Of a stretch of DNA of 64,000 nt, positions 39,727 to 48,590 are shown piece by piece. The stretch is from Salinispira sp. (GTDB lineage Bacteria > Spirochaetota > Spirochaetia > DSM-27196 > Salinispiraceae): contig OZ271918.1 in the NCBI GenBank assembly GCA_965602015.1, forward strand, positions 2,912,001 through 2,976,000. Direction: 5' to 3'. The notes beneath the pieces are model-generated. The model searched no databases. It was given only the letters and a program-made list of their open reading frames with translations, and was not told where the DNA came from. Numbering within the stretch: position 1 is the first letter of the stretch; each line of letters begins with the position of its first letter. The translations under genes and the position numbers were made by a program.

Positions 39727-39864
39727 AATCTCCCTCTATGGGCGGGACCCACTATATCGGGATATTCGACGGTTGTGAATACGGAGCGCCCGAGCTTGCC
39801 GACGCCCAACGCGCTCTGCTATATTAGGGCAACACTCAGCTTTAACTTTCCCCCGGGGGGTCTC

Positions 39865-40779
39865 ATGAGAAACATCCAGGTACCGGTTTTTAACCCAATT
39901 CTGCTCGATTTGCCCGGCCCGCTCGCGGTGAGCTGGTACGGACTTACCTACCTTCTCGGTTTCGTATTCGCCTACCTATTCGTCATGGATCATATCCGAA
40001 GGAAGCGGATCGACCTCACCAGCGAACAGTTCATGGAAATCCTCATCCGGATTTTTATCGGTGTTCTGGTGGGCGGCCGCCTGGGATTTATCCTTTTCGT
40101 GAACCCGGGGTATTATTTCAGCAATCCCCTTCAAATGCTGGCGGTCTGGGAAGGCGGAATGTACTTTTTCGGCGGATTTATCGCCGCGCTGATAATCCCG
40201 TATTTCTATATAAGAAAGCAAAACATGAACTACTTCGATTTGGCGGATTTTATCATCATTCCCGCGCCGATCGGCCTGGCATTCGGGCGACTGGGGAATT
40301 TCATCAATGGCGAGTTCTGGGGACGTCCCAGTGCATCTCCCCTGGCGATGGTCTTCGATTCGGTGCCGCGCAGCAACTGGCTTCCGGTTTCCGAAAACTG
40401 GGTCAGGGAAATCATAGAGGAAACCGGAATGACCGTTCTGGCCGGGCAGTCCACAGTCAACCTGCCCCGGCATCCGGTTCAACTCTACGAACTGGTCATG
40501 GAGGGAATCGTGCTCTACGCCATCCTCCTGCTCTTTCGGAACATCGGCAAAGAAAAGCCCCGGGGTTCGGTGGTCAGCCTGTTTCTTCTGGGATACGGCA
40601 TTTTCCGATTTTGGATCGAGTTCTACCGCGAGCCGGTGAGCCACTCTGCGATTATCGCCGGAGACTGGTTTACCCTGAGCATGCTCTTCACCATTCCGAT
40701 GATTATTCTGGGAGCCGCGGGAATGATTATTTCGTATCGGAAGAATCAAAAAAACGAGTTGTACCGTGCGGCTATCTGA
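39865..40779 (+). CDS. lgt: Prolipoprotein diacylglyceryl transferase
   Basis: WYGLTY, GGRLG, GRLGNFINGEFWGR, HPVQLYE, EFYREP. Confidence 0.95.
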   Translation: MRNIQVPVFNPILLDLPGPLAVSWYGLTYLLGFVFAYLFVMDHIRRKRIDLTSEQFMEILIRIFIGVLVGGRLGFILFVNPGYYFSNPLQMLAVWEGGMYFFGGFIAALIIPYFYIRKQNMNYFDLADFIIIPAPIGLAFGRLGNFINGEFWGRPSASPLAMVFDSVPRSNWLPVSENWVREIIEETGMTVLAGQSTVNLPRHPVQLYELVMEGIVLYAILLLFRNIGKEKPRGSVVSLFLLGYGIFRFWIEFYREPVSHSAIIAGDWFTLSMLFTIPMIILGAAGMIISYRKNQKNELYRAAI

Positions 40780-41602
40780 CAAAAGAGCCGCAGTCACTAT
40801 TCTGGCGCTCATCCTCCTTCTGGGCTCATGTTCGAGCTTTCGGACAAGTGATGAGCGGGTACTTGAAGAACTCGGCGAGGCCGGTCTTTCGGTGGTCTTG
40901 GACCGCAGCGACCTCGCCGGCTACCAGGTGAGAAGCGTTCGCACCCTCCCGGGAGGCGGTAACCAGGTGCTGTTCATCCACGGCGCACCGGGTTCCCTGG
41001 ACGACAGTCTCAGGTTTTTCTACCGGCCAGATCTGCGAAGCCGCGCCCAGCTCATCAGCTATGACCGACCGGGCTTCGGCTACTCAGGCCTGGGAGAGCC
41101 CCTTACCAGTCTGGAGGCCCAGGCGGCGGTGGCCATGGACCTCATCGAGCCAGGAGCCGTGGTCGTCGGCCATTCCTACGGGGCAACCATTGCCCTGAGA
41201 ATGGCCATGGACTATCCGGATCTGCTGTCGGGAGTCATTATCCTCGCCGGAGTTTCCGCCGCGGAACACGAGAAAATATTCTGGTTTAACCGGCCCATGG
41301 AAAGCCCGGCTCTCAACTGGATGCTCGGCGGCGCATGGCGGTCGGCAAACACCGAAAAACTGACTCATCTGGACGAGCTGCCATTGTTTGATGATCTCTG
41401 GGAGAACATACGGACTCCGGTTATCATCATCCACGGAACCCGGGACCGCCTCGTCCCCTACGAAAATGCACCCTACGCCGCTGAGCGCATCGACGAAGAA
41501 TACGTCGAGTTGATCACCCTGGAGGACGAGGACCATTTTATCCTCTGGACCCAGGAAGAGCTCATCGTCCGGAAAATTATCGAGCTTCTCGAAGGTCAAT
41601 AG
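40766..41602 (+). CDS. Alpha/beta hydrolase, probable lipoprotein
   Basis: Lipobox LGSC; HGAPGS, DRPGFG, GHSYG nucleophile, HGTRD, DHFI. Confidence 0.9.
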   Translation: MRLSDKRAAVTILALILLLGSCSSFRTSDERVLEELGEAGLSVVLDRSDLAGYQVRSVRTLPGGGNQVLFIHGAPGSLDDSLRFFYRPDLRSRAQLISYDRPGFGYSGLGEPLTSLEAQAAVAMDLIEPGAVVVGHSYGATIALRMAMDYPDLLSGVIILAGVSAAEHEKIFWFNRPMESPALNWMLGGAWRSANTEKLTHLDELPLFDDLWENIRTPVIIIHGTRDRLVPYENAPYAAERIDEEYVELITLEDEDHFILWTQEELIVRKIIELLEGQ

Positions 41603-41645
41603 CCTGTGCGAATGACCTCGGTTTGCCAAACAGGAGAACTTCAAC

Positions 41646-42230
41646 ATGGATCAGAATAAGCAGAGCCTGGATTTCCTCATATCGGAGAACGCCGGCGTCC
41701 TGCGGCAGGGAATAACGGTCATCAAAAGCATTGATGATGATCAGTACTCCCGGCCGGTCGAGGGCTCGGGAACCGACAGCTCATTGGGCAAGCATTTTCG
41801 TCACGTCATAAACTTTTACGAAAACCTCCTCAGTCCGGTTGACGGAACCATAGATTATGACCGGCGGATCAGAGACCCCGAGCTTGAAACCCGCTGCTCC
41901 AGGGCTGCGGATAAAATGGAAGAGCTGCTGGACCAGCTTAACAAGCTGGGCAATTCGGACCTGAACGGGTCGGAGCAGAACGGATCCGAGACACATGGTT
42001 CGAAGCCAAACGATTCGAAGGACGGCCTTGTGCGCCGCATACGCATCGGCGCTCAGGACGATCTGACGGTTCCCAGCGATATCCGCCGCGAATTGAAATT
42101 CGTCCTGGAACACAGCATCCATCACTACGCCCTCATCGGTCTCATCCTGCGCCAGCGGGGCGTTGGTATTCCCGATCATTTCGGAGTCGCCCCCTCCACC
42201 ATCGCGTACGTCAATAACCGGAACAGCTGA
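41646..42230 (+). CDS. DinB family protein
   Basis: SSLGKHFRH, IDYDRRIRD, RELKFVLEHSIHHYALI, FGVAPST. Confidence 0.85.
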   Translation: MDQNKQSLDFLISENAGVLRQGITVIKSIDDDQYSRPVEGSGTDSSLGKHFRHVINFYENLLSPVDGTIDYDRRIRDPELETRCSRAADKMEELLDQLNKLGNSDLNGSEQNGSETHGSKPNDSKDGLVRRIRIGAQDDLTVPSDIRRELKFVLEHSIHHYALIGLILRQRGVGIPDHFGVAPSTIAYVNNRNS

Positions 42231-42952
42231 TGTGCACCCTGACTTTCCAGCCCGGCGGAGGCCCCAAGTCCCGTTGGATACTGTTCAACCGCGATGAATT
42301 GCGCAGCCGACCGAAGGCCGGCAGGCCCGAACTCTTCGAAGGCCGGGGAATTCCATACCTCATGCCCGTCGATCCCCAGGGCGGAGGAAGCTGGATGGGT
42401 TTGTCAGCCGGAGGGTACTTCATCTGCCTGCTGAACAATTATCCCGGCGATGCCATCGTAATCGACCCGAGCCTGCGTTCCCGGGGTCGTTTGGTGAAGG
42501 ACCTTCTGGAAGCCGGAGGCTTTCCCGATTCAGACGTCATCGGGCGGCGGCTTCATGACCATGAGTATGCGCCGTTTTACCTCGCGGCTTTTACCAAAGA
42601 GGAGACGAGACTGTGGGCATGGGATCAAAAATCACTGGTAAGCATTGATGCGGGCAAGGGTTTCCTGTCGAGCAGCGGCTACCGTCACAGCGAAACCAGC
42701 AGCCGCCGAGCACGGCTCTATGAGGGCAGCCAGGCGTCCCAACAGAATGCCGGAAGGAAGGAACTGTACGATTTCCATCTTCTTGAAAACGCCGATGATC
42801 CGTCATCTGGAATTCTCATGACCAGGCCCGACGCCATGACGGTATCAGTCAGTGAAGTCGAGCTGGGTGAGGGTTTCGGACGCCTTTTCTACCGCGAACG
42901 GGAAGCCCTGGATTCGCCGAGCGAGCATCGGCTGGAGTTCCCCGCCGATTAG
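42230..42952 (+). CDS. NRDE family (TANGO2-like) Ntn-fold protein
   Basis: MCTLT N-terminal Cys, NRDE motif, DPQGGGSW, LLN, RSRGRLV, TVSVS; TGATG coupling to DinB. Confidence 0.9.
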   Translation: MCTLTFQPGGGPKSRWILFNRDELRSRPKAGRPELFEGRGIPYLMPVDPQGGGSWMGLSAGGYFICLLNNYPGDAIVIDPSLRSRGRLVKDLLEAGGFPDSDVIGRRLHDHEYAPFYLAAFTKEETRLWAWDQKSLVSIDAGKGFLSSSGYRHSETSSRRARLYEGSQASQQNAGRKELYDFHLLENADDPSSGILMTRPDAMTVSVSEVELGEGFGRLFYREREALDSPSEHRLEFPAD

Positions 42953-43024
42953 CCCGCCGATTAGCCCGCCGATTAGCCCGCCGATTAGCCCGCTGATTCA
43001 CCCGCTGATTCACCCGCCGATACC
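42941..43024. repeat. 12-bp tandem repeat (CCCGCCGATTAG x4, CCCGCTGATTCA x2, one degenerate unit)
   Basis: Direct reading; the first unit contains the NRDE stop codon. Confidence 0.92.
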
Positions 43025-43030
43025 GCCGTT

Positions 43031-43121
43031 GATTCACCAGCGCGCACATGGTCGCTTCGCGTACAGCGTCATACGCTAATTCTGCACTACCGATTCACCA
43101 GCGCGCACATGGTCGCTTCGC
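43031..43121. repeat. Two identical 30-bp direct repeats separated by 31 bp
   Basis: GATTCACCAGCGCGCACATGGTCGCTTCGC at 43031-43060 and 43092-43121. Confidence 0.9.
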
Positions 43122-43145
43122 TGCCGCCTCGACGGCGGCTGCGAG

Positions 43146-43607
43146 TTAGTTTTCTAGTCTTCGTCGAATCCCAGGCCAGTTTTCATCCGCCGACGTGATC
43201 ATACCCTGAAGGTCTGCCTCGAATCGCCGGTGGGTGCGGTTGTTGAAGTTCAGGAACAGCCGGTCATCGTGAATGGTCCACAACTCGGGTTGAATGCTCG
43301 CCGTGCCTCCCCGGCTCACCGCATAGGCGCAGTACCCGCCGTATTGGGGCAGGTAAGCCTCGGGATCTTCCAGGAAGAGCTCCCGGTGTTCATTGCTAAC
43401 AAAAAAGTATCGGGCCCCTGCGTGTTCAGCGGAAATTTCAGGGTTTCCCTCGGTTGCCTCGCCGAGGGTGAAGTACGCGACAACGTCATACCCTTCCACC
43501 GCGACGCCGTTGCGATCCCTCAATACCGTCTGGGCAAATGCCGTTGTGCCGGCCAACATGATGAGTAAAATACTCATAATTATGATTGTGCGTTTTTTGC
43601 CGTTCAT
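43146..43607 (-). CDS. Exported YHS-domain (seleno)protein family member, Cys form
   Basis: GYDVVAYF...PEAYLPQYGGYCAYAV...LFLN...ADENW. Confidence 0.9.
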   Translation of the reverse strand: MNGKKRTIIIMSILLIMLAGTTAFAQTVLRDRNGVAVEGYDVVAYFTLGEATEGNPEISAEHAGARYFFVSNEHRELFLEDPEAYLPQYGGYCAYAVSRGGTASIQPELWTIHDDRLFLNFNNRTHRRFEADLQGMITSADENWPGIRRRLEN

Positions 43608-43632
43608 TGTGCCTCCCCAATGCCTGTCATAT

Positions 43633-44661
43633 TTACTTCCCCGATCGAAGGGAGTAGTGCCTCCGCAGGGCCGAAATTAGCTCCGACGCCTTTTCGGGTT
43701 GGGCACCCGCTTCAAGGTTCGCCGCGCTTATGCGGCTAATATACTGCCAGTGACCCAGAAGGTCAGCCCAGGCGGCAAAAATTTTCATATCCGGGTCGTA
43801 AATATGGGCTGGCTCGGAATTCACGCCGTTGACTTCCATGATGGAGAACTTCCCCGACTCAAGGGCATAAAAGTCTTCAGCTTTCACATCGAATCGCCCG
43901 ATGTGGAAACCCGGAATGGATTCGAACAGGGGTTCGAAGGTGTCTAGAAGTTTCTCGCTTATTAGCGAGTTGCCGTTGCGGAAGGTCGAACCCCTGACGT
44001 GGTTTCCGATATCGGCGAGCAGTTTCTCCTCACCGGCGGGCAGCACATAATCAAGCTCGCTTTCAAAGGTATCTCTCAGCATTGTCCGGTGAAGCCAGGT
44101 CCGCTCTCCCTGATATATCAGCTCGGAAAGGGTCGAGGTGCCGTCCCCGGTGACTATCAGCGGCTCCTTAATGACCAAAGAGCTGATGCGCGGACGCTTC
44201 TCACCGGGAAGCCTGAGGAGCATTACCCCGTACTCCGCCCGATACGGAACATAAGCCTGGAGAAGAAGCGCCCGGGCCTCGCCGGAACCCCAGTTCTTCA
44301 GGTAATCGATCAACTGCTGATCATCATCGATTCTCGCCACGCCGTAGCCCCGTTCGCCGATATCCGGCTTGAGTATTACGGGAAAGTCCAGGGCCAGGTC
44401 CTTCATGGCGTCCCGAACCTCCTGCGGGCGCGGAACTTCGGAAAACCGCCGGCCGGCAGGAACGTAGCGGGCGGGAAACCGGGACAGCATCGATTCCTTG
44501 GAGTACTCGACAAATCCCCCGTACTCCAAGCCGGGATTCGCCGCCAAAAACCATCCGAGCCGGCCGAAGCGTATCGCCCGAAAAAGCAGGTAGACGTACA
44601 CGGGAACGTAAAACAGCCAGAAGGGCATAAACTCCCAGCGGAGCCATTTGGGCTTTCTCAT
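43633..44661 (-). CDS. ATP-grasp protein (D-Ala-D-Ala-ligase-like, uncharacterised clade)
   Basis: WEF..FW N-terminus, FPVILKPDIGERGYGV, GNHVRG, GRFDVK, IMEVNG, EPAHIYDP. Confidence 0.85.
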   Translation of the reverse strand: MRKPKWLRWEFMPFWLFYVPVYVYLLFRAIRFGRLGWFLAANPGLEYGGFVEYSKESMLSRFPARYVPAGRRFSEVPRPQEVRDAMKDLALDFPVILKPDIGERGYGVARIDDDQQLIDYLKNWGSGEARALLLQAYVPYRAEYGVMLLRLPGEKRPRISSLVIKEPLIVTGDGTSTLSELIYQGERTWLHRTMLRDTFESELDYVLPAGEEKLLADIGNHVRGSTFRNGNSLISEKLLDTFEPLFESIPGFHIGRFDVKAEDFYALESGKFSIMEVNGVNSEPAHIYDPDMKIFAAWADLLGHWQYISRISAANLEAGAQPEKASELISALRRHYSLRSGK

Positions 44662-45497
44662 GAGGAAACCTCCGTTCCCAGGTCGTAAACCCGGCGACGG
44701 ATTCGCCGGTTCCATTCGTTGACGCCGCCAGTTCGAAGCTCCGAGGGGCTGACGGCATTGCCCACCCGAGCCTCCAGGACCTGACCCTTTTGCCGAAACA
44801 TTTCATCAGCGAGGAAGAGCATTTCGATATTGAATCCTATGCCGAACCATCGCCGGAGATTGGCCACATCGTAGAAAAACTTCCGGTTGCTGCCAGAAAA
44901 AAACACCGGCACAACCGGGCGGTTGTTATCCCTGGCCAGGCGCACGTAAGAACGGTTCCATGGAAGGTCTTTTATGACTCCGCCCTTCCTGCGGCTGCAG
45001 AGCCCCGCGGGGAAGTGGAGTATGGCCGCCGGGGAGGCGTACAGTTCCCGGTAGCGCTGCTGATGCCGGCGGTTGTCCCCCAGTTTGTTAACCGGAACAA
45101 AGAGACCCCTGAGGTTGGGTATCGCTAGAAGAAAATCATTCACCAGCACCCGGACTTCGGGAAAATATCGTGACATCAAAGCTAACAGCGCCATGCCGTC
45201 CATTCCGCCCAGGGGGTGATTCGAGACGATTACCGGTCGCTCCAGGCCGGATAGATTCTCGGCGCCGCTGATGCGTATTTCAACGCCAAAATCCTCCATG
45301 GCCTGCTCTATGAAATCGACTCCGTCGAGATCGGCTCCCCGGGACAGGATCCCGTTGATTTCCCGCACATGGAGGAGCCGTTCGAGCATACGGACGAAGG
45401 TGCCGGGAATCTTCCCGGCGAGCTCAGGATTCTTCGCGGCAATGAGCTCGCGAATATCGATGTTTAAAGCCCGGCCGCCGGTTCGGGAATCGGACAT
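44658..45497 (-). CDS. Glycerolipid acyltransferase (PlsC-like)
   Basis: NHPLGGMDG (HxxxxD), FPAGLCSR, PVVPV. Confidence 0.88.
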   Translation of the reverse strand: MSDSRTGGRALNIDIRELIAAKNPELAGKIPGTFVRMLERLLHVREINGILSRGADLDGVDFIEQAMEDFGVEIRISGAENLSGLERPVIVSNHPLGGMDGMALLALMSRYFPEVRVLVNDFLLAIPNLRGLFVPVNKLGDNRRHQQRYRELYASPAAILHFPAGLCSRRKGGVIKDLPWNRSYVRLARDNNRPVVPVFFSGSNRKFFYDVANLRRWFGIGFNIEMLFLADEMFRQKGQVLEARVGNAVSPSELRTGGVNEWNRRIRRRVYDLGTEVSS

Positions 45498-46723
45498 CAC
45501 CGTTGATTCCCCGGGGAACGGTCCTGAATTCCAGCGATAATTGCCGCGACGATGTCGCCGGCTACCGCGCATTTTGATTTGGTCTCTCCGGTCACCTGGC
45601 TGCCGTCGGGAAACATCAGGGTGACTTTGTTGGTGTCGTGAGCGAACCCGGCTCCGGGATCCTGTAGGCTGTTCAGCACAATCATGTCAAAGGATTTGCG
45701 CTTCATTTTATCCCGGGCATTGCGCTGCTCGTCATGGGTTTCGAGGGCGAATCCGGTTATAAACTGATCAGGCCTTTTGAGCTTCGCAAGCTCAGCGGCG
45801 ATGTCTGTAGTGCGCTCCAGGCAGATGCTCATGTCGCCTTCGCCCTTTTTGATTTTCTGTTCGCTCACCTGAGCCGGCCGGTAATCCGCAACCGCGGCGG
45901 CAAGGACCGCAATGTCGCAGTCTGTGAACGCTTCGATGGATGCCTGCGCCATTTCTGCGGCGCTCTCCAGCGAAACCACCTCAACCGAAGGATGATTAAT
46001 GCTCTGATGGACAGGTCCTGATATCAGGGTAACCAAAGCGCCCTGTTCTGCGAGCTCCCGGGCAAGGGCATACCCCATCTTCCCCGTCGAGCGGTTGCCG
46101 ATGAATCGCACCGGATCAATCGCCTCGTAGGTCGGACCGGCGGTTACCATGGCCTTTAGTCCGGCCAGGGGGGCTTTGCCGCCTCGGGAGTGTTTCCGTA
46201 GAAATGTGAGAATGTCTTCGGGTTCGGCCATGCGTCCCCGGCCCTCCAGTCCGCTGGCCAGCTCCCCGCTTCCCGGTTCGATGAGGATGTTTCCCCGGCT
46301 CCGAAGAAGCTCAACGTTCTGTTGGGTCGCCGGATGGGCGTACATATCCAGATCCATTGCGGGGGCAAAAAACACCGGGCAGCGGGCGGACAGGTAGGTG
46401 GCCAACAGTAAATTATCGCATCGGCCGCAGGCCATGGCCGCCATAGTGTTGGCAGACGCCGGCGCGATGAGCATTGCATCGGCCCACAGCCCCAGTTCCA
46501 CGTGGCTGTTCCACACGCCGTCTCTTTCATCGAAGTAGCTCATCCTCACGGGATTTTTGGATAGGGTCGCAAGGGTAAGCGGAGTAATAAAATCCGAGGC
46601 GGCGGGGGTCATTACCACTTTGACTTCCATGCCCTCCTTCACCAGCAGGCGGGTCAGATGGGCGGCCTTGTACGCGGCGATGCTCCCGGTTACCCCAAGT
46701 AAGACTTTTGCTATTTCCCTCAT
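45497..46723 (-). CDS. coaBC: Phosphopantothenoylcysteine decarboxylase/synthetase
   Basis: GVTGSIAAYK, APASAN, PAMD, TAGPTYEAIDPVRFIGNRSTGKMG, AAVADY, GFALET. Confidence 0.96.
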   Translation of the reverse strand: MREIAKVLLGVTGSIAAYKAAHLTRLLVKEGMEVKVVMTPAASDFITPLTLATLSKNPVRMSYFDERDGVWNSHVELGLWADAMLIAPASANTMAAMACGRCDNLLLATYLSARCPVFFAPAMDLDMYAHPATQQNVELLRSRGNILIEPGSGELASGLEGRGRMAEPEDILTFLRKHSRGGKAPLAGLKAMVTAGPTYEAIDPVRFIGNRSTGKMGYALARELAEQGALVTLISGPVHQSINHPSVEVVSLESAAEMAQASIEAFTDCDIAVLAAAVADYRPAQVSEQKIKKGEGDMSICLERTTDIAAELAKLKRPDQFITGFALETHDEQRNARDKMKRKSFDMIVLNSLQDPGAGFAHDTNKVTLMFPDGSQVTGETKSKCAVAGDIVAAIIAGIQDRSPGNQR

Positions 46724-47196
46724 GCCCCGTCCTCTTCTTCCACAGAGCTGCTCTCCGCAGGTTTTATGAAATTATGGCGGGTTTTCCCCGGGAATACAAT
46801 GTGCTTCCGGTAAACAAAATTCCAGAGGAACACCAGAGCCATCCCCAGTGCATTGCTGAACCTGAAATGCAGGAGGGCCAAGCTGTCGCTGAGAATCCAG
46901 ATTGTGGACGATGATATACCCAGGGCCACAACTGCCCCCGCCAAATACAGCAGTAGCTCCCCGCCCGCCCGGTGACGCTTGGGATTGCCAAAAACCCAGA
47001 ACCGGGAGAGCACATACGTAGTCGCGAGCGCCGCCGGATAGGAAAAAACCTTTAAAAGTGACGCCTGTCCGCCGCTCGCCGCCACGAGTATCTCAAGCAC
47101 CGCCCAATCGACGAAGAATGCCGCCCACGCAGTGAGCAGGGAACGAAAAAACTGGACGATAGCAGTGCTTTGTCGGTAGTTTGTAGCAGAATTCAC
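46720..47196 (-). CDS. GtrA family membrane protein
   Basis: QFFR...VD...YVLSRFWVF...WNFVYRKHIVF, 4 TM. Confidence 0.85.
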   Translation of the reverse strand: MNSATNYRQSTAIVQFFRSLLTAWAAFFVDWAVLEILVAASGGQASLLKVFSYPAALATTYVLSRFWVFGNPKRHRAGGELLLYLAGAVVALGISSSTIWILSDSLALLHFRFSNALGMALVFLWNFVYRKHIVFPGKTRHNFIKPAESSSVEEEDGA

Positions 47197-47240
47197 GGGG
47201 ATAAAGATACTATTTTCCCAAGAAAGGGACGAGGTGATAC

Positions 47241-48560
47241 ATGATCGTTTCTGCTCTCGCAGATAAAAACATTCGGGCCGGCAACTGGGTTAGCTGGAAT
47301 GCAAATATAACGCACGGCTATGATGTGCTCACTCCTATCCGCAGCGAAGCCCAGCTCGCCGAACTCATTGCAGGCGCCAAAGCGTTCAGGCCGGTGGGAA
47401 CCGGACAGTCTTCTTCCGATATCGTCGCGGGCACATCGGTGCTTGCGGATATGAACGGCTACGACAACATCATTTCAATTGACAGCGAGCGCATGCAGAT
47501 AAGAGCTCAAAGCGGAATCCTGCTCAAAGACCTGCTGCAGACAGCGGAAGCCCAGGGCTGGACCATCCCCTGCCTCCCTGACAATGACAGCATTACCCTG
47601 GGAGGAGCCATAGCCACCGGCACCCACGGCACTACCGGAGGCGGCAAGCCCCTCTCGGAATATATGGTGGCATGCTCACTTATCAGCCCCGATGGCAGCA
47701 TAGAAGAAGTTCATGAGGGCGACGCCCGCATGGATGCCCTGCGCTGTTCCATGGGACTATTGGGGGTCATGAGCGAGATAACCCTGCAATGCGAGGCTTC
47801 GCGAAATCTCTATGTCACCGAAGAGGCGGTGCGCGATGAAATCTGGCTCGAAAAATGGCCCCACTGGCTGAAGGAAAACTACTTTCTGCGCTTGCTTTGG
47901 ATACCCCACAGCGGATACGCCTGGGTAATCCGCGGGAATCCCGTAGAATCCTCCCAGACTCCGGGCCCCATAATTGACGCACCCGGCCGGGTAAAGCACC
48001 GCAGGGAGCTCTCCCGTTTGCTCTACAGCATCGACAGCCCCGGCTTTTCCCGATTTTCCAACAAGCTTCTCAGGCAGCTGTTTTTCTCCCACAAGTCCAG
48101 CAGCTTAGGATCGCTGTATCAGGCGACGGTAACAAAGAAGCGCAGTTCCACTCTCGAACTCGCCGAATGGACTGTTGGTCAGGAAAACTTTAATGCGGTG
48201 TTCCGGGAATTTGTCCAGGCAATGGCCGCCGACAAGGAAGCCTTTGCCCACATTCCCATGGACATACGATTCCTTAACGGCGACAACACCTGGCTCAGCA
48301 ATGCGTACGGCAAAGACATCGTCACCATGGGCTGCGTAACCCGGAACCCCTCCAAGGCAGATGAATACCGGGCCTTTGACATAATTGAATCGAGTTTCCT
48401 CAAAGCCGGAGGTCGGCCCCATTGGGCAAAGCGATTCAACGCCGGAAGAGAAACCCTGTCAGGCCTCTACCCCAGGTGGGATGATTTCATTCAGGCCCGC
48501 AGAGATACCGACCCTCAAAACGTCTTTTTAAACGGCTATCTGGGGGGACTGTTTAGCTAG
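47241..48560 (+). CDS. FAD-linked sugar-1,4-lactone oxidase (ALO/GULO-like)
   Basis: TLGGAIATGTHG, SMGLLGVM, GGRPHWAK, DPQNVFLN. Confidence 0.88.
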   Translation: MIVSALADKNIRAGNWVSWNANITHGYDVLTPIRSEAQLAELIAGAKAFRPVGTGQSSSDIVAGTSVLADMNGYDNIISIDSERMQIRAQSGILLKDLLQTAEAQGWTIPCLPDNDSITLGGAIATGTHGTTGGGKPLSEYMVACSLISPDGSIEEVHEGDARMDALRCSMGLLGVMSEITLQCEASRNLYVTEEAVRDEIWLEKWPHWLKENYFLRLLWIPHSGYAWVIRGNPVESSQTPGPIIDAPGRVKHRRELSRLLYSIDSPGFSRFSNKLLRQLFFSHKSSSLGSLYQATVTKKRSSTLELAEWTVGQENFNAVFREFVQAMAADKEAFAHIPMDIRFLNGDNTWLSNAYGKDIVTMGCVTRNPSKADEYRAFDIIESSFLKAGGRPHWAKRFNAGRETLSGLYPRWDDFIQARRDTDPQNVFLNGYLGGLFS

Positions 48561-48590
48561 AATTTGCCCAATCTAAAGATGCGAGAGTGA

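Noticed and set aside
39976..41647. Long antisense ORFs opposite lgt and the hydrolase (also similar ones opposite the RND, MFP and ktr genes)
   Set aside because: Expected antisense shadows of high-GC3 coding sequence
43031..43121. CRISPR array
   Set aside because: Only two repeats, no leader, no cas genes in the window, no typical repeat terminus or palindrome; kept as a plain repeat
43146..43607. Selenoprotein (UGA read-through) in the YHS gene
   Set aside because: The motif is GGYCAY with a Cys codon; no in-frame TGA
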